In this document: piece after piece, positions 49,402 through 60,107 of the stretch
Layout: every line of letters starts with the position of its first letter
Position numbering within the stretch: position 1 is the first letter of the stretch
Source of the DNA: an uncultured virus (IMG/VR IMGVR_UViG_3300042879_002288)
Lineage: Duplodnaviria > Heunggongvirae > Uroviricota > Caudoviricetes > Crassvirales
Length of the DNA stretch: 64,000 bases
Virus record (IMG/VR): IMGVR_UViG_3300042879_002288
Direction: 5' to 3' (one strand)
Notes under the pieces: model-generated
What the model was told of the DNA's origin: nothing
Seen by the model: the letters and a program-made list of their open reading frames with translations, nothing else
Databases searched by the model: none
Program-made: the position numbers and the translations under genes

Positions 49402-50508
49402 TTAGTCTTCTTCTTCGTCGTCCTCTTCGTCTTGGAACTGAGGCTGAGAGAACACGCCTCTTATTACGTCATAGAGCATCATGAGGTCCTGTCGAGAAAT
49501 CTTCTTACCAGAGGACTGCTTCTCCTTTATGCTCTCGTATGCGTCCTCTATGGCGTCAGCCTGGTCTGGGTTTATAATATATTCACCACCAGTCATCTCC
49601 CCAATCTTAGCCCCATCCTTCATAATGTCTATGGGGTTTGTCTTGTGGCTAAATGGACCTGGAGTCTTACTTACGGAGCCTCCTGACTTATACATGACGT
49701 TATTAGACTGTAACCATGCATTAAGAGAGGACTCTAAGGGTGAAGGTATCGACGATGGTGGTAAGGACGGAATTGGCTGCATGTTGGTTGGTGCAGCCCC
49801 ACCTCCGCCTAACGCGCTCCCAAGCCCAAGTCCAGGTGCAGCCAGAGACATACCCACGTTAGCAACGCCTCCAAGTATATCTGCCCACGCTCCTCTCTTC
49901 TCGGCTTTAAGAGCCTCTATATTCTGAAGAGCCTGATTTCTTGCTGCCGTAGACTCTGCAAGCCCCATGAGGCCCATCCGCTGTCTAAGGCCTCTGTTGG
50001 CGTTCAGAGTCTGTTGTTCTATGTTGGCAAGGTTTGACTTAGCAGCAATCTCTCTCTTCATATCAGCCATTTGCTGCTGCTGCATCTGTTGAGCTTGATT
50101 ACGTTGGATGTTACCAAGCATCCCTCCAAGTACTCTGGGGTCAGCTGATGCGGCCTGCAATGCTGTTGCTGAGGCTGACTGGATGCCTGAAGTGTCCGTG
50201 GGTCTAATCCCCATCATGGCCAAGTCTCTCTGGGCCTGAGACACCTGCATGTCATACATCCCAGAGGCAAAGTCCTTCTTATACTTAGCTACATCATCTT
50301 TGGCCCTGTCCAAAAGGTCCTGCTGGTCTTTAGTCCTCTTCTTGTTTCCAATGAGGTCTATGACGCCGCCTACAATTCCAGCAGCACCACCTATAGCCCC
50401 GCCCCCTGGTATTTGGCCTGGGATAGGATTCCCTAATATATCTGTGCCCCCAGCAGTAGGAGAGTATCCAGATAGAAATGTATTCCAATCAAACTGACCG
50501 TTTGCCAT
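49402..50508 (-). CDS. Probable internal (ejected) virion protein
   Basis: G/A/Q-rich; GPFSHKTNPI...EMTGGEYI. Confidence 0.65.
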   Translation of the reverse strand: MANGQFDWNTFLSGYSPTAGGTDILGNPIPGQIPGGGAIGGAAGIVGGVIDLIGNKKRTKDQQDLLDRAKDDVAKYKKDFASGMYDMQVSQAQRDLAMMGIRPTDTSGIQSASATALQAASADPRVLGGMLGNIQRNQAQQMQQQQMADMKREIAAKSNLANIEQQTLNANRGLRQRMGLMGLAESTAARNQALQNIEALKAEKRGAWADILGGVANVGMSLAAPGLGLGSALGGGGAAPTNMQPIPSLPPSSIPSPLESSLNAWLQSNNVMYKSGGSVSKTPGPFSHKTNPIDIMKDGAKIGEMTGGEYIINPDQADAIEDAYESIKEKQSSGKKISRQDLMMLYDVIRGVFSQPQFQDEEDDEEED

Positions 50509-50528
50509 TTTACAAAGGTAATGTTTTG

Positions 50529-51530
50529 TTATGAACTTGCATCCAGCTTGGAGTGCGAGTATTCAGTATTTATAGCGTATAGTTCAAAAGGCTTTCCATC
50601 AGCCTTGGAATCCACAACAATCATTGCATATTTCCCTCTAAGAGGGTCGCCATCCATTGCGGGGTCAGAAACCTGATAAAGAACACTTCCAGGAGTAAGA
50701 CCTCTAAACACGTTTGAGCCTATCTCAAGCGCATTATTATATATCTGTTTAAAACCTAAAACAACATAAGTGCCAGGATATGCAGAGTTAATTTGGCTTC
50801 TTACTCCAGCAATATGATAAACAGATTCATCATAACAACCAGCCACAGTAAATGGCTTTTCTACGGCTTGGCTTGATTCAATTTTTATATATTTTGGCTC
50901 TGAGTAAGACGGTGGAACCGGCGGCTGGTTTATTGTTAATGTAGAAAAAGCCGCCTTGTATTTGGTTTCATCAGAAGAATACCTTGAATCGCCTATTATC
51001 TGTGCTGAAAAAGCTATATACTTATATCCAGTTTTTATATTTTCTATAAATTTAAGTTGCTGTAATTGACTAGAAGTCAATGGTATATACCCTTGAATCC
51101 TGGCAACTATTTTAAAGTTTTTTGTCGTATTAACAAGAGATGGGCCAATGTCAGTATACAGGGCCTCTTCTCTTGCATCAAACGACTTTATGCTTGACGT
51201 CTGTCTTTTTGTAGTGGAAGAATCGCTTAAATCTAAGTTTGTGGAAACCACAGCATTAAAATTATTTTGATTGCTTTCTATTGACACAGCCTTGTAGACC
51301 TTCTCCATTGACGGGTCTTCGTTGGACACAACAGTAAGCCTACTTGGATATGTTTGCCCATAAAAATTATTTCTACTTTGATTTGTGTTGTGCAACCAAC
51401 AGATGCTGTCAGAAGAGTCTACTTGATTGAAAGACAAAAAATAATTGTCTACAGAGCCATAGCAATGAGGCTCAAAACTGTATTTTGTCTTCCAAAAGTT
51501 TCCCGAAGTAGAAAATGAAAACGTGGCCAT
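50529..51530 (-). CDS. Tail muzzle/stabilisation protein, C-terminal part
   Basis: W.T.YSF.P, NNFYG, KVYKAVSIES, LRGKYA, ELYAIN. Confidence 0.65.
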   Translation of the reverse strand: MATFSFSTSGNFWKTKYSFEPHCYGSVDNYFLSFNQVDSSDSICWLHNTNQSRNNFYGQTYPSRLTVVSNEDPSMEKVYKAVSIESNQNNFNAVVSTNLDLSDSSTTKRQTSSIKSFDAREEALYTDIGPSLVNTTKNFKIVARIQGYIPLTSSQLQQLKFIENIKTGYKYIAFSAQIIGDSRYSSDETKYKAAFSTLTINQPPVPPSYSEPKYIKIESSQAVEKPFTVAGCYDESVYHIAGVRSQINSAYPGTYVVLGFKQIYNNALEIGSNVFRGLTPGSVLYQVSDPAMDGDPLRGKYAMIVVDSKADGKPFELYAINTEYSHSKLDASS

Positions 51531-51533
51531 ATT

Positions 51534-54500
51534 TTAAGAGTTTTGAGCAAGGAAGTCAAGAAACCCAGACACACTTGTAACGCCTGTAGCCCCAGCAGGA
51601 AGCTGACTGTCTTCCGAAAATCCAGTGGGACCAGAAGATAGCTCAGCCATTTTTGCCGCGTTATATGCTGACGGATTGTAGTTGAACACCTTTTCAGACG
51701 GGTCGTATTCAGGGTCTGGATTTGAATCACCGTACGACTGCAAAAAGTCAAGGAACTGGTCTGTCCCAACCTGGAAATAACCAGTGTTTTGAGACGGAGA
51801 AGAAGAGCTTGCCACAGATATTGTGGCATATATTTTCCTATCGAGCGTTGACCTATCGTCGTTTAGGTTCGTTAACGTTGGGGCGGTGGCAGATGCAACA
51901 CGACCAGGCTCAAACCACTTGTTCAATATGTTTGTTTCTTCACTCCACTCTGGTTGTCCTTGATACTCGAGCAGGCTTTTAATGACATACTGAAGTTGAG
52001 ATTTAGTCATTTCGCTTACAGCAATAGAATGCAATAATCTATAAGCTGACTTTACTTTTTCAGAACCAGTTTGAGGTACGGCTGGGAGAGGAAGATTGTT
52101 TTTATCTACATATCCAGGGGAAACCTCTACTGGGCTGAATCTTGACACCGGGGTAAGCTCGGTGGTAGTAGAAGAGCCAGGTTGGTAGTTTGATAAGAAG
52201 TTGAGAAGGTCAGTTGAATTAGACACACCAGCAGGAACGTCTCCAACAAGCTGAGGAGCTGTTGGCGTTGGCGCGGCTGCTGAAGAAGGCTGCTGTGCTA
52301 AGAAAGAAAGAAGGTCGTTTACGCTTGACACTCCAGGTGGAACATCTCCAACAAGTTGGGGGCCCTGTCTCAAGGCAAGAACCTCTGGGTGTATACTTGG
52401 ATGTATGGCATAGTCGTCTGGATTTATAAATGAGCCATAGGCAGACATAAAGCCAAGCAAGTCAGCTGAACCTACAGTTCCATCTCTGTTTATATCAAAC
52501 TTGTTGTATAAGTAATCGTTGGTTCCAGCGTATTCATTTAAAAGAGAAAGGCCTCTGTATGTCAACCCAAAAGCATTTATGTTTTTTACAAAATCATCCA
52601 CAGCAACACCAGATGGCTCTCCATTGCAGTTGAATCCAAGTTCTGGATAAGAACACATAGAAGGCAGATAAAAAACATTTACAGCTGGCTCTACGTACTG
52701 ACAAGATTCTGGGTCATCACACCCAACTATAATCCCCATCAAATCAACTATATCCTGGCATATACCAGTGTCATATTCAACGCCATTTCTGTCAACATAT
52801 ACATATGTTTTAGTGCAGTTATTATTACAATCCCTGTATGGAGGCGGAAATACACATGAGCCGTCATTTGTGTTTGCAGATGGGTCGTAGTTGCATGCCG
52901 TGCTGGTGGTGCAACCGAAATATATACAGCCGCCAGGGTCAGTGCTATTAGGGTCGTAGTTATCAGCATCAGGGTCTTGACACCCTATAATCTCCTCCTC
53001 GTCGCATATCCCATCTCCATCAGAGTCATTTAAGCAGTTTCCGTTGCAGTCTTTGTAACTCAATGAATATGTACAGTTCCCGTCATTTATGACAGCCTCG
53101 GAGTCGTAACTGCATGACGAGGGGTCCATACAACCATAAACATAGATTGGATAAACATCCGGAACCGCTGGAAGCCTGTCAAATAACTTTGTCGTGAACA
53201 TGTACTCGTCATTGACAGAGTCATACCCAGCAGGAACCTTGAATATCTTATTTTGAGCAGAGGCTGCTGCCGTTGCGTTAGCAAGTTCAGTCCTAATAGC
53301 AGTCTTCATGCCAACAGAGCTTATCTCCTCTGTAGACGAGCCCTGTATCATGAACACCTTACCAACAGACGTATTCACAAAATAAAGCGTTCCGTCCACG
53401 TCTACAATAGACTCAGGATGCATGTCACATCCTGCTTGACTCTGGAAATATCTCTCCTTGCCAAGAACGCTCGTGCTGGATGTTATAAGTTCACTTCCAG
53501 AAGCATCTTGTATTATAGACCTATTGAGCGGTATTAAGGCGCTCTTATTCTCCTGTATGCTAAGTATGGAATCCCCTCTGTCAGCAAGATAACTTATAGA
53601 GCCATAGACCTCAGGAAGGTCCTTGAATCCAAGAAGAGACTGATTGAATGACGAGTACCTTATCCTTGGCGACGACTGCGCTGTTGGGTCAGAGTATATG
53701 ATGCTGCTCTCATTGGTGGTCTCCTGAGCTTCTTTCAGTATAATGTTTGGACGACCAAGACCATACGAGTCACCCTTGTACATGTCGCTAAACGTCATGG
53801 ACTCCACGTACCTGCTAAAGAACCTGGACTTGGAGTTGTTGCTACCATAGTTGTCCTCTGTATCTACTATGATGTCCTCAAACACAGAATCCTCTTCTTT
53901 CCTAAGGTTCAATGCTATAGGCCTCCACCAGTAGTCGCCATTTGTTATGAGGTTTGACGCGGAAGCTAAAGTACCAGCAACTGGTATAAAGTCAGATATT
54001 TCGTAAAACACCCTTGAGCTGTCAGACACTTTTTTAGACGGAGTATATATCTCCATGAGGCAGTTGTTGCCCCATCTGTGGAGTTCGTTTTTGACAGCGT
54101 TATAGTCAAACCCAGAAGATGTTGGATTGTCCTTTAATACCAAAAAATGTCCCTTTTTGTAATATGGGACGTTGTTGTAATCCTCGTGAATTGGATTGCC
54201 ATCATCGCCCAAGTCAACAAGGTCTATAACTTCAAAATCGTATCCATATGGATAAACTGTGATTCCGTCAGAAGTTTCGTAAGAGATTATTCTAACCCTA
54301 TCTCCTGGGGAAAACTTATATAAATCAAGACCGCCTTCTGAACTTCTTGCTCCAAAAGAACTCGAGTACGACACCGTGCTTCTTTGAAGATAGTTAAGAG
54401 ACACATAGATGTTGTCAAACTCATCAGTGGTTGGGTTATGCCTAACATACGCTCCGCCAGAAGTGTACTGTATAAACCTGTCTACTGAGGTAGACCTTGA

Positions 54501-57500
54501 GTGAACTATTCTAAAACTGTCGGCCCAAGATGGGTGTGAACTTGTTATCTGGATACTGACGTCTATCTTGCCCTTTTCGTTTCTTTCATCGTCAGAATAG
54601 CCTGGGGCATATTTTGTGCCTATGGGATTTACAAAGCCGTGCCTTCCTCTCCTGTCGTAGTAAACAACACCAAACTCGTGAAATGAGTTAGACTTAAATG
54701 TCCTAAAATCTGAAGGAGACCTTACGATGTAGTAGTCAATATATTTCTGAATAATCTCTATTTGTGCATGGGTGTGGACACTAACATCTGCTGGTATTGC
54801 CTTATATGGGCTTTGGTCAACTGCTGAGCCAGGGTTGTCCAGTCTACGAAGGGGGAGACATGATGAAGTTGTTTCAAAAAAAGAAAACGAAGGAACTTCC
54901 TGACTTGTCTGATTCCCTTGATAGTTAATCTCTATTTCATATATAACATCTTTTCCATTAAAGAAATAACCACCAAAGCCACCAAGAGGCGTAAATTTAA
55001 CGAGCGAAAATATAGAGCCAGCGTTATTTATATTATACGCAGAATAATCACCATACCCAGGGCCACCGCCAATGCCTGCCTCGCCGTCAACTATGCAGAC
55101 ACCAACAAGGTCAGAGCTGTAGGTGTTTGACAGATAGTTATTGTACTTAAATTCCTTGACGTATGGGGCAGATGGGCTTTCGTAAATTAAGTAACCAAAC
55201 TGCTTCTTAAAGTTTGTGTATCCAGTGTCGTCGTTTATTTCTATGTTTATTGAGCTATAAGTCTCAAGCTTGTAATAATCATTTAAGCTTGTAATTTCCT
55301 CGTTGGATATGTTGCTTATGAATTGATTTATTTTTTGAGCAGCAACATTGCTTCCGCCATAATCTGAGTTCATAAAAGACCTTGACAGCACAACCCACTC
55401 ACCATCTTGAGCCGGTCTTCTTATGCAAGAAAAAAGCTCCATATCATAAAGCCTTTTTAGGCTCAACAACACCTCGTTTATTTGTCCATTTTGAGCGTTT
55501 TTAACTTTCTGGAACCCAAAATCAGCGCTGACTTTATTGGGAATCACATAGCCTATAGGACCGCCTTTGGGTATTGGGTTCGCAGAATTTCCAGAAGGAA
55601 ACACTGGTGTTATAAAATAAGCAAGGTTGCTTGATGGCTGTGGTGTTGGGTAAGAAAGATTTAATCTTGGCCCAAAGAACTTTATCCTGTCAAAATTTTG
55701 AAGTCCAAGACTTACCTCATGAGTGAATACTGAATCATTGGAAAGTACTTGAATACCCTGGCTTGGCTCAAGACCGCAAAGAACATTTGTTAATGAGTTA
55801 CATATCAACTCTGCGGCATCACTTCCAAAAAGGCTCGGACCACTGTATAAAAACTCGACATAAAAAGAAAGCTGACCTCCTGGGATGATGAACGGTCTTG
55901 TAACATCACGACCTAAAACGGCGGTTTGTCCAGTTACATCAGCAGATGAGTTTATAGAAGACCATCTTGCGGCAATCAAAGACGAGTCGTCTTCAGGGGC
56001 ATACGAGTCATTTTTTTCTGTGCTCGTTGGGTATCCCTGGCTAAGTGCTCCTTCCGCAATATATCTGTCTATAGTGTTATTATCCCTGGACGGAAGAGAC
56101 CATCCGTTTTTATTGTATATATGAAAATTTTTGTCTGGGGCTATCTTTAATCTAAACCTAACTACCGAGCTGTTCGGGAGAGAAAGGTCACTACTGTCTA
56201 CATCAAAGATATAAGACGCCCCACCGTTAAACGCTTTGTTCTTTTTCTGCTTTTGAGAATCATTAAGATTTCCTTCCCATTCGGCCTTGCCCCTTATGGA
56301 GGGGGTCACGTAGATTCTTACATCAGTCTCCTTAGGCACATCGTTATAAACCCAGTTTATGCTTGCCTCAACAGACACGTTGTCAAAACCCTCCGTGTAG
56401 TTACCATAGAAGAGTCTGTTGTTTGATATTGTCTGGGTGTATGCCTTTTTAGGAACGGCATCAAACTGCTTCTGCACAGTCTCAGCACTTACCGGGACAA
56501 GTATTCTGTCGTTGTAAAAAGAGTATGAGTAGTATCCGCTTTGTCCTGTAGCGGTTGACAGAGAGCTAACCATGACCTCTTCTATAAGCATAAAAGAAGA
56601 CGTATCGTGCTCTCTAACAAGTATCTTGATTGAAGCTACTTCTTTGTTTGCTGGAGGTATATAAAGCTCACACACGTTAACGAATGAGTAGTCAACGTAT
56701 GGGGCCGCTCCTTGAGAAAGAAGCACCTGGGGAACAGCAAGGTCAGAGTAGGGAGATATTGATGACTCTATGCCATCGTTGTATACATACTGGTACGCAA
56801 ATGTGAAGCAAGAGCCAGACGAAAAGTTAGAACCGTTGAATGCCGAGTCATACCCAAACTCAAACTTTATCTTCTTTAAGGGAGTTCTTGGGCAGGCAGA
56901 AATAAAATCGTCAACCTCTGGAAACGAGTAGTTCTCATATCCATAGGTATTAACTTGACCAACGGGGCTTTCTCCTTCGTAATACTGCTCAGTGTTATTT
57001 AGTAAGGCTCTATATACGTTTATCTTTTTGGGTTCATTCTTTCCGTCCGTAAAGTACAGAATGGCATCGGCACTCATCTCATTCCAGTATCCATTGGACT
57101 CCATGTGAGACTTTATGTTCTGGTGCTTTGCAAACTCAGAGCGCTTTGTGTGGACTACGTCTCCCTTCACAAACCCGTCTTGAGGGAACATAAACCTGCT
57201 TGAGGCCATGATAAGCCTTATGCTGTTAGGCTTCCCAGCGGGCTCTTCCTTGCTTTTAGGCAGTCTTCCTTGAGGGTCGTAAGCGAATATAGAGTTTATG
57301 TTGTTCTGGTTGGAGTAGACAAAGAAGTAAACAATCTTCGTCTTTTGGTCGGTTACGGTTCCTAAGATTCTATAGTTGTATATGTCTGGAAGAAGGTCAA
57401 AATCGTTGTATCCATCTACGGCAGTATTGCCAAGTACATTCTTAATCACGCCAACATCACCAGAACCCTCTTCACCAGATGACAACGAGTCTGTTATAGA

Positions 57501-57590
57501 TACGTTCAATGCGTCAATCATGGAGTCCTTAGGCGTGAGCTTAAGGTCCATCGAAGTGTCTAACTTCTTTGGTAGTATCTTGTCAATCAT
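51534..57590 (-). CDS. Tail muzzle/stabilisation protein (crAss-like) with Cys-rich and dockerin-like extension
   Basis: DALNV, LYFTDGKNEPKKIN, FAYQYVY.DG, NRLFYGNY.EG, GVVYYD..GR, HPES. Confidence 0.8.
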   Translation of the reverse strand: MIDKILPKKLDTSMDLKLTPKDSMIDALNVSITDSLSSGEEGSGDVGVIKNVLGNTAVDGYNDFDLLPDIYNYRILGTVTDQKTKIVYFFVYSNQNNINSIFAYDPQGRLPKSKEEPAGKPNSIRLIMASSRFMFPQDGFVKGDVVHTKRSEFAKHQNIKSHMESNGYWNEMSADAILYFTDGKNEPKKINVYRALLNNTEQYYEGESPVGQVNTYGYENYSFPEVDDFISACPRTPLKKIKFEFGYDSAFNGSNFSSGSCFTFAYQYVYNDGIESSISPYSDLAVPQVLLSQGAAPYVDYSFVNVCELYIPPANKEVASIKILVREHDTSSFMLIEEVMVSSLSTATGQSGYYSYSFYNDRILVPVSAETVQKQFDAVPKKAYTQTISNNRLFYGNYTEGFDNVSVEASINWVYNDVPKETDVRIYVTPSIRGKAEWEGNLNDSQKQKKNKAFNGGASYIFDVDSSDLSLPNSSVVRFRLKIAPDKNFHIYNKNGWSLPSRDNNTIDRYIAEGALSQGYPTSTEKNDSYAPEDDSSLIAARWSSINSSADVTGQTAVLGRDVTRPFIIPGGQLSFYVEFLYSGPSLFGSDAAELICNSLTNVLCGLEPSQGIQVLSNDSVFTHEVSLGLQNFDRIKFFGPRLNLSYPTPQPSSNLAYFITPVFPSGNSANPIPKGGPIGYVIPNKVSADFGFQKVKNAQNGQINEVLLSLKRLYDMELFSCIRRPAQDGEWVVLSRSFMNSDYGGSNVAAQKINQFISNISNEEITSLNDYYKLETYSSINIEINDDTGYTNFKKQFGYLIYESPSAPYVKEFKYNNYLSNTYSSDLVGVCIVDGEAGIGGGPGYGDYSAYNINNAGSIFSLVKFTPLGGFGGYFFNGKDVIYEIEINYQGNQTSQEVPSFSFFETTSSCLPLRRLDNPGSAVDQSPYKAIPADVSVHTHAQIEIIQKYIDYYIVRSPSDFRTFKSNSFHEFGVVYYDRRGRHGFVNPIGTKYAPGYSDDERNEKGKIDVSIQITSSHPSWADSFRIVHSRSTSVDRFIQYTSGGAYVRHNPTTDEFDNIYVSLNYLQRSTVSYSSSFGARSSEGGLDLYKFSPGDRVRIISYETSDGITVYPYGYDFEVIDLVDLGDDGNPIHEDYNNVPYYKKGHFLVLKDNPTSSGFDYNAVKNELHRWGNNCLMEIYTPSKKVSDSSRVFYEISDFIPVAGTLASASNLITNGDYWWRPIALNLRKEEDSVFEDIIVDTEDNYGSNNSKSRFFSRYVESMTFSDMYKGDSYGLGRPNIILKEAQETTNESSIIYSDPTAQSSPRIRYSSFNQSLLGFKDLPEVYGSISYLADRGDSILSIQENKSALIPLNRSIIQDASGSELITSSTSVLGKERYFQSQAGCDMHPESIVDVDGTLYFVNTSVGKVFMIQGSSTEEISSVGMKTAIRTELANATAAASAQNKIFKVPAGYDSVNDEYMFTTKLFDRLPAVPDVYPIYVYGCMDPSSCSYDSEAVINDGNCTYSLSYKDCNGNCLNDSDGDGICDEEEIIGCQDPDADNYDPNSTDPGGCIYFGCTTSTACNYDPSANTNDGSCVFPPPYRDCNNNCTKTYVYVDRNGVEYDTGICQDIVDLMGIIVGCDDPESCQYVEPAVNVFYLPSMCSYPELGFNCNGEPSGVAVDDFVKNINAFGLTYRGLSLLNEYAGTNDYLYNKFDINRDGTVGSADLLGFMSAYGSFINPDDYAIHPSIHPEVLALRQGPQLVGDVPPGVSSVNDLLSFLAQQPSSAAAPTPTAPQLVGDVPAGVSNSTDLLNFLSNYQPGSSTTTELTPVSRFSPVEVSPGYVDKNNLPLPAVPQTGSEKVKSAYRLLHSIAVSEMTKSQLQYVIKSLLEYQGQPEWSEETNILNKWFEPGRVASATAPTLTNLNDDRSTLDRKIYATISVASSSSPSQNTGYFQVGTDQFLDFLQSYGDSNPDPEYDPSEKVFNYNPSAYNAAKMAELSSGPTGFSEDSQLPAGATGVTSVSGFLDFLAQNS

Positions 57591-58417
57591 TAGAATTTAG
57601 GCGACAGCTTGAAGTTCTTTCTGATGGTCTTTAGAGCTTCTTCTTTGGTAAAGTTAGATAGGCGAGCATTAGCAAGCCTGCGCTCATTATAATACTCAGC
57701 TCTTGCACGAGCTTTTTCATTAGCCGGAACGGTGGATTTTTTTTCAACAAGCTTGTAGTATATATATGCTCTGAGCGCCTCTTCTGCATAGACGTGTACA
57801 CTTGGGTCTGATGACCGTGCCTCATCGCCTATGTACTCCATGACTATCTCAGAGACATTCGAGTTTGCTGATATTTCTATTCTGTTTTGGTCAAGATTGA
57901 TTCTGTACTCACCAATCCCGTGTCCGCCGCCAATCCCATACAGTCTGCCAACATTGCCCTCATAAAGATAGTTTTCAAAGATGAACTCGTAAAAATCATC
58001 CATTATAGACAGGTTAGTCTCTGTTGCCGTCTTACTCTCTTCGATATTTACAATCTCGTTTGCCTTTATGTCAAGAGGTCCAGCATTAAATGTTGTTCTT
58101 GACGCAGGAGACACCTTCTTGTGCGAGTAGTTCAGGTGCTTGTTTTGATTTAACACGTAAACCCTACCGTCCTCTCCAACCACACCTATCTTTATCAAGT
58201 CAACATAATCGTCTGGGAGCGTCACAGTGTCATTGCTGTTCACAGCAAGTTTCAAAGATTTAGTCTTCTTTCCTATGTCAAAACCTATGTCTCTTATTCC
58301 TCTAAGAGCTATGTTTCTAAGCTGTATGTCAGATACATTGCTTATGTAGTCGTCTGAGTCCAGGCCGATTCGAAAGTCAGCAAGTATGACATTGAGAGGT
58401 ACTGTATTCATGCTCAT
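57590..58417 (-). CDS. Tail ring (head-tail connector) protein
   Basis: VTLPDDYVDLIKIG; adjacent to the muzzle gene. Confidence 0.7.
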   Translation of the reverse strand: MSMNTVPLNVILADFRIGLDSDDYISNVSDIQLRNIALRGIRDIGFDIGKKTKSLKLAVNSNDTVTLPDDYVDLIKIGVVGEDGRVYVLNQNKHLNYSHKKVSPASRTTFNAGPLDIKANEIVNIEESKTATETNLSIMDDFYEFIFENYLYEGNVGRLYGIGGGHGIGEYRINLDQNRIEISANSNVSEIVMEYIGDEARSSDPSVHVYAEEALRAYIYYKLVEKKSTVPANEKARARAEYYNERRLANARLSNFTKEEALKTIRKNFKLSPKF

Positions 58418-59199
58418 TACTCAACAGCAGTTTTAGCTTGCGCGTATTGTTGAACATCATTGTCTCTGAGATTAAGGCCAATCATACCTGCGATTTCTCC
58501 GATAAGCTCAGCCTCATAACCAGGCGGAAGGTCAAAATCTCTTGAAGAAAACGGATTATATGACTCAACACCTTGAACAAGAGATATGGAGTATATCGGG
58601 GGAAGAGTAACCCTTGTCCCAGCTATAGAATTATTTATGCTTGCTGTGTTTTGATATGAGCCTGGCGTGCTGTAATAGTGAAGCCAGTACTCCTCTGTAT
58701 CGTCATTTGGCCATATCTCTATTTTATCTGAACCAACAAGAGCTACTTTGTATTGGTCTGTAGGCGCAGAAAGCCTGCTGATTTTCAGCTCCTCAAAGAA
58801 TACTGGATTGTAGACTATTTCGCATTTTCCGTAGTCTTGGTCTAAACCAGCGACATTTGACGACGCTGTATCTTTAAAAGTTATATATACAACCTTATAA
58901 AGGTCTATTGGTTTTACTATAGTAGACGGGGCTGTTGATGGAGATGCTGAAGACAATACCTTCTTGTAGAAGTAAGACATGTCCTCCGACTTTCTCTCTT
59001 TCATCGACAAAACAGTTCCAACATCAACCCCAGCCTTAGCCAACTTTTTCGCCTCAATCTGTTCGTTCATAATCTCGTTGAACACGTTAAGCTGAGCCAT
59101 GTGCGCGAACGAGTTGAACACCTCAGGAGTTACAAACCCCTTCTGCTCTTTGTTAGCTAAGTTCTTGAGGGTATTATACACCCTGTATATACTCACCAT
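58417..59199 (-). CDS. Tail ring protein
   Basis: VY..L..LANKEQKGFVTPE.FN. Confidence 0.7.
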   Translation of the reverse strand: MVSIYRVYNTLKNLANKEQKGFVTPEVFNSFAHMAQLNVFNEIMNEQIEAKKLAKAGVDVGTVLSMKERKSEDMSYFYKKVLSSASPSTAPSTIVKPIDLYKVVYITFKDTASSNVAGLDQDYGKCEIVYNPVFFEELKISRLSAPTDQYKVALVGSDKIEIWPNDDTEEYWLHYYSTPGSYQNTASINNSIAGTRVTLPPIYSISLVQGVESYNPFSSRDFDLPPGYEAELIGEIAGMIGLNLRDNDVQQYAQAKTAVE

Positions 59200-59210
59200 A
59201 ATGCAAATAT

Positions 59211-59243
59211 AACAAGAAAGGCCCCCTCGGAAGGAAGCCTTTC
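59211..59243 (-). terminator. Intrinsic terminator abutting the next promoter
   Basis: GAAAGGCTTCCT-TCCG-AGGGGGCCTTTCTTGTT then ATATTTG. Confidence 0.7.
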
Positions 59244-59264
59244 AGTTGTGTGTGAGTCAGTTGT

Positions 59265-60101
59265 TTACGTGTTGGTAAGGTGGTCCTCTATAGACAAGAG
59301 TGCGCTTGAGCCTCTCTCAGTCATACAGAATCTTGTCAGGGTATCCAATGGGTCCTGTCCAACAGGAACCGCAACAATCAAGTTGTTGCTGTCTGTCCAG
59401 TAACATCCGTCTGGCTTGAGCGTCACAACATTGTATTCAGAAGCCTTGAACACCAGTGAGCGTGTCTTGACGATTGGGTTATCAAATGAGCTAACGAACT
59501 CATGCGGCTTTGACTTGGCTATTCTAAGCAGGTCGTACTTGATGTCAGACACGGGTCTGTTCACGTTGACACCGTAAAATATAGCCACTGGCAAAAGCTC
59601 ATCTATACTCTTGTCTTTAACCAATGATACCGAGTCAAAAACATTAAACTCCTTTTCAAGCTCTTTCTCGATATTGACTTTATTGTCAACCTTGTGATAC
59701 GTTGAACCACCATTGGCTTTATTTGATGGGTGAGCCTCCATAAAGTGCCTTAGATTAGGCTTATCTACAGGAACTACGAGATACCCATCTCTAAAAATAA
59801 TAGCCTCTTTTTTTGCGTTCTGGCTTTGCTCATCAACAAATATACTTCTTTCGTTTGGACAATATCTAATCTGTCTGACGGTATCTGATTCTTTGTCATA
59901 AACAGTGACGCTTGACTGAGACAGCATATAGGCGATTCCACCGCCCATCTCAATGTGATAAACAACAGCTTTAGGCCCCTCTTCTTCCTTGTATGAGTGA
60001 GAAATTAAAGGCTTAGTCGTTTTTGAAACAGTTGTTTGTTTCACTTCTTCTTGGCCCTCCTGTCTAACAGGCGGTCTGCCAACTCTTTTGGGTTGTTCCA
60101 T
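59265..60101 (-). CDS. Conserved crAss-like capsid-cluster protein
   Basis: RQIRYC.NE.SIFVDEQ, IIFRDG.L.V, HP.N. Confidence 0.7.
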   Translation of the reverse strand: MEQPKRVGRPPVRQEGQEEVKQTTVSKTTKPLISHSYKEEEGPKAVVYHIEMGGGIAYMLSQSSVTVYDKESDTVRQIRYCPNERSIFVDEQSQNAKKEAIIFRDGYLVVPVDKPNLRHFMEAHPSNKANGGSTYHKVDNKVNIEKELEKEFNVFDSVSLVKDKSIDELLPVAIFYGVNVNRPVSDIKYDLLRIAKSKPHEFVSSFDNPIVKTRSLVFKASEYNVVTLKPDGCYWTDSNNLIVAVPVGQDPLDTLTRFCMTERGSSALLSIEDHLTNT

Positions 60102-60107
60102 TATATA

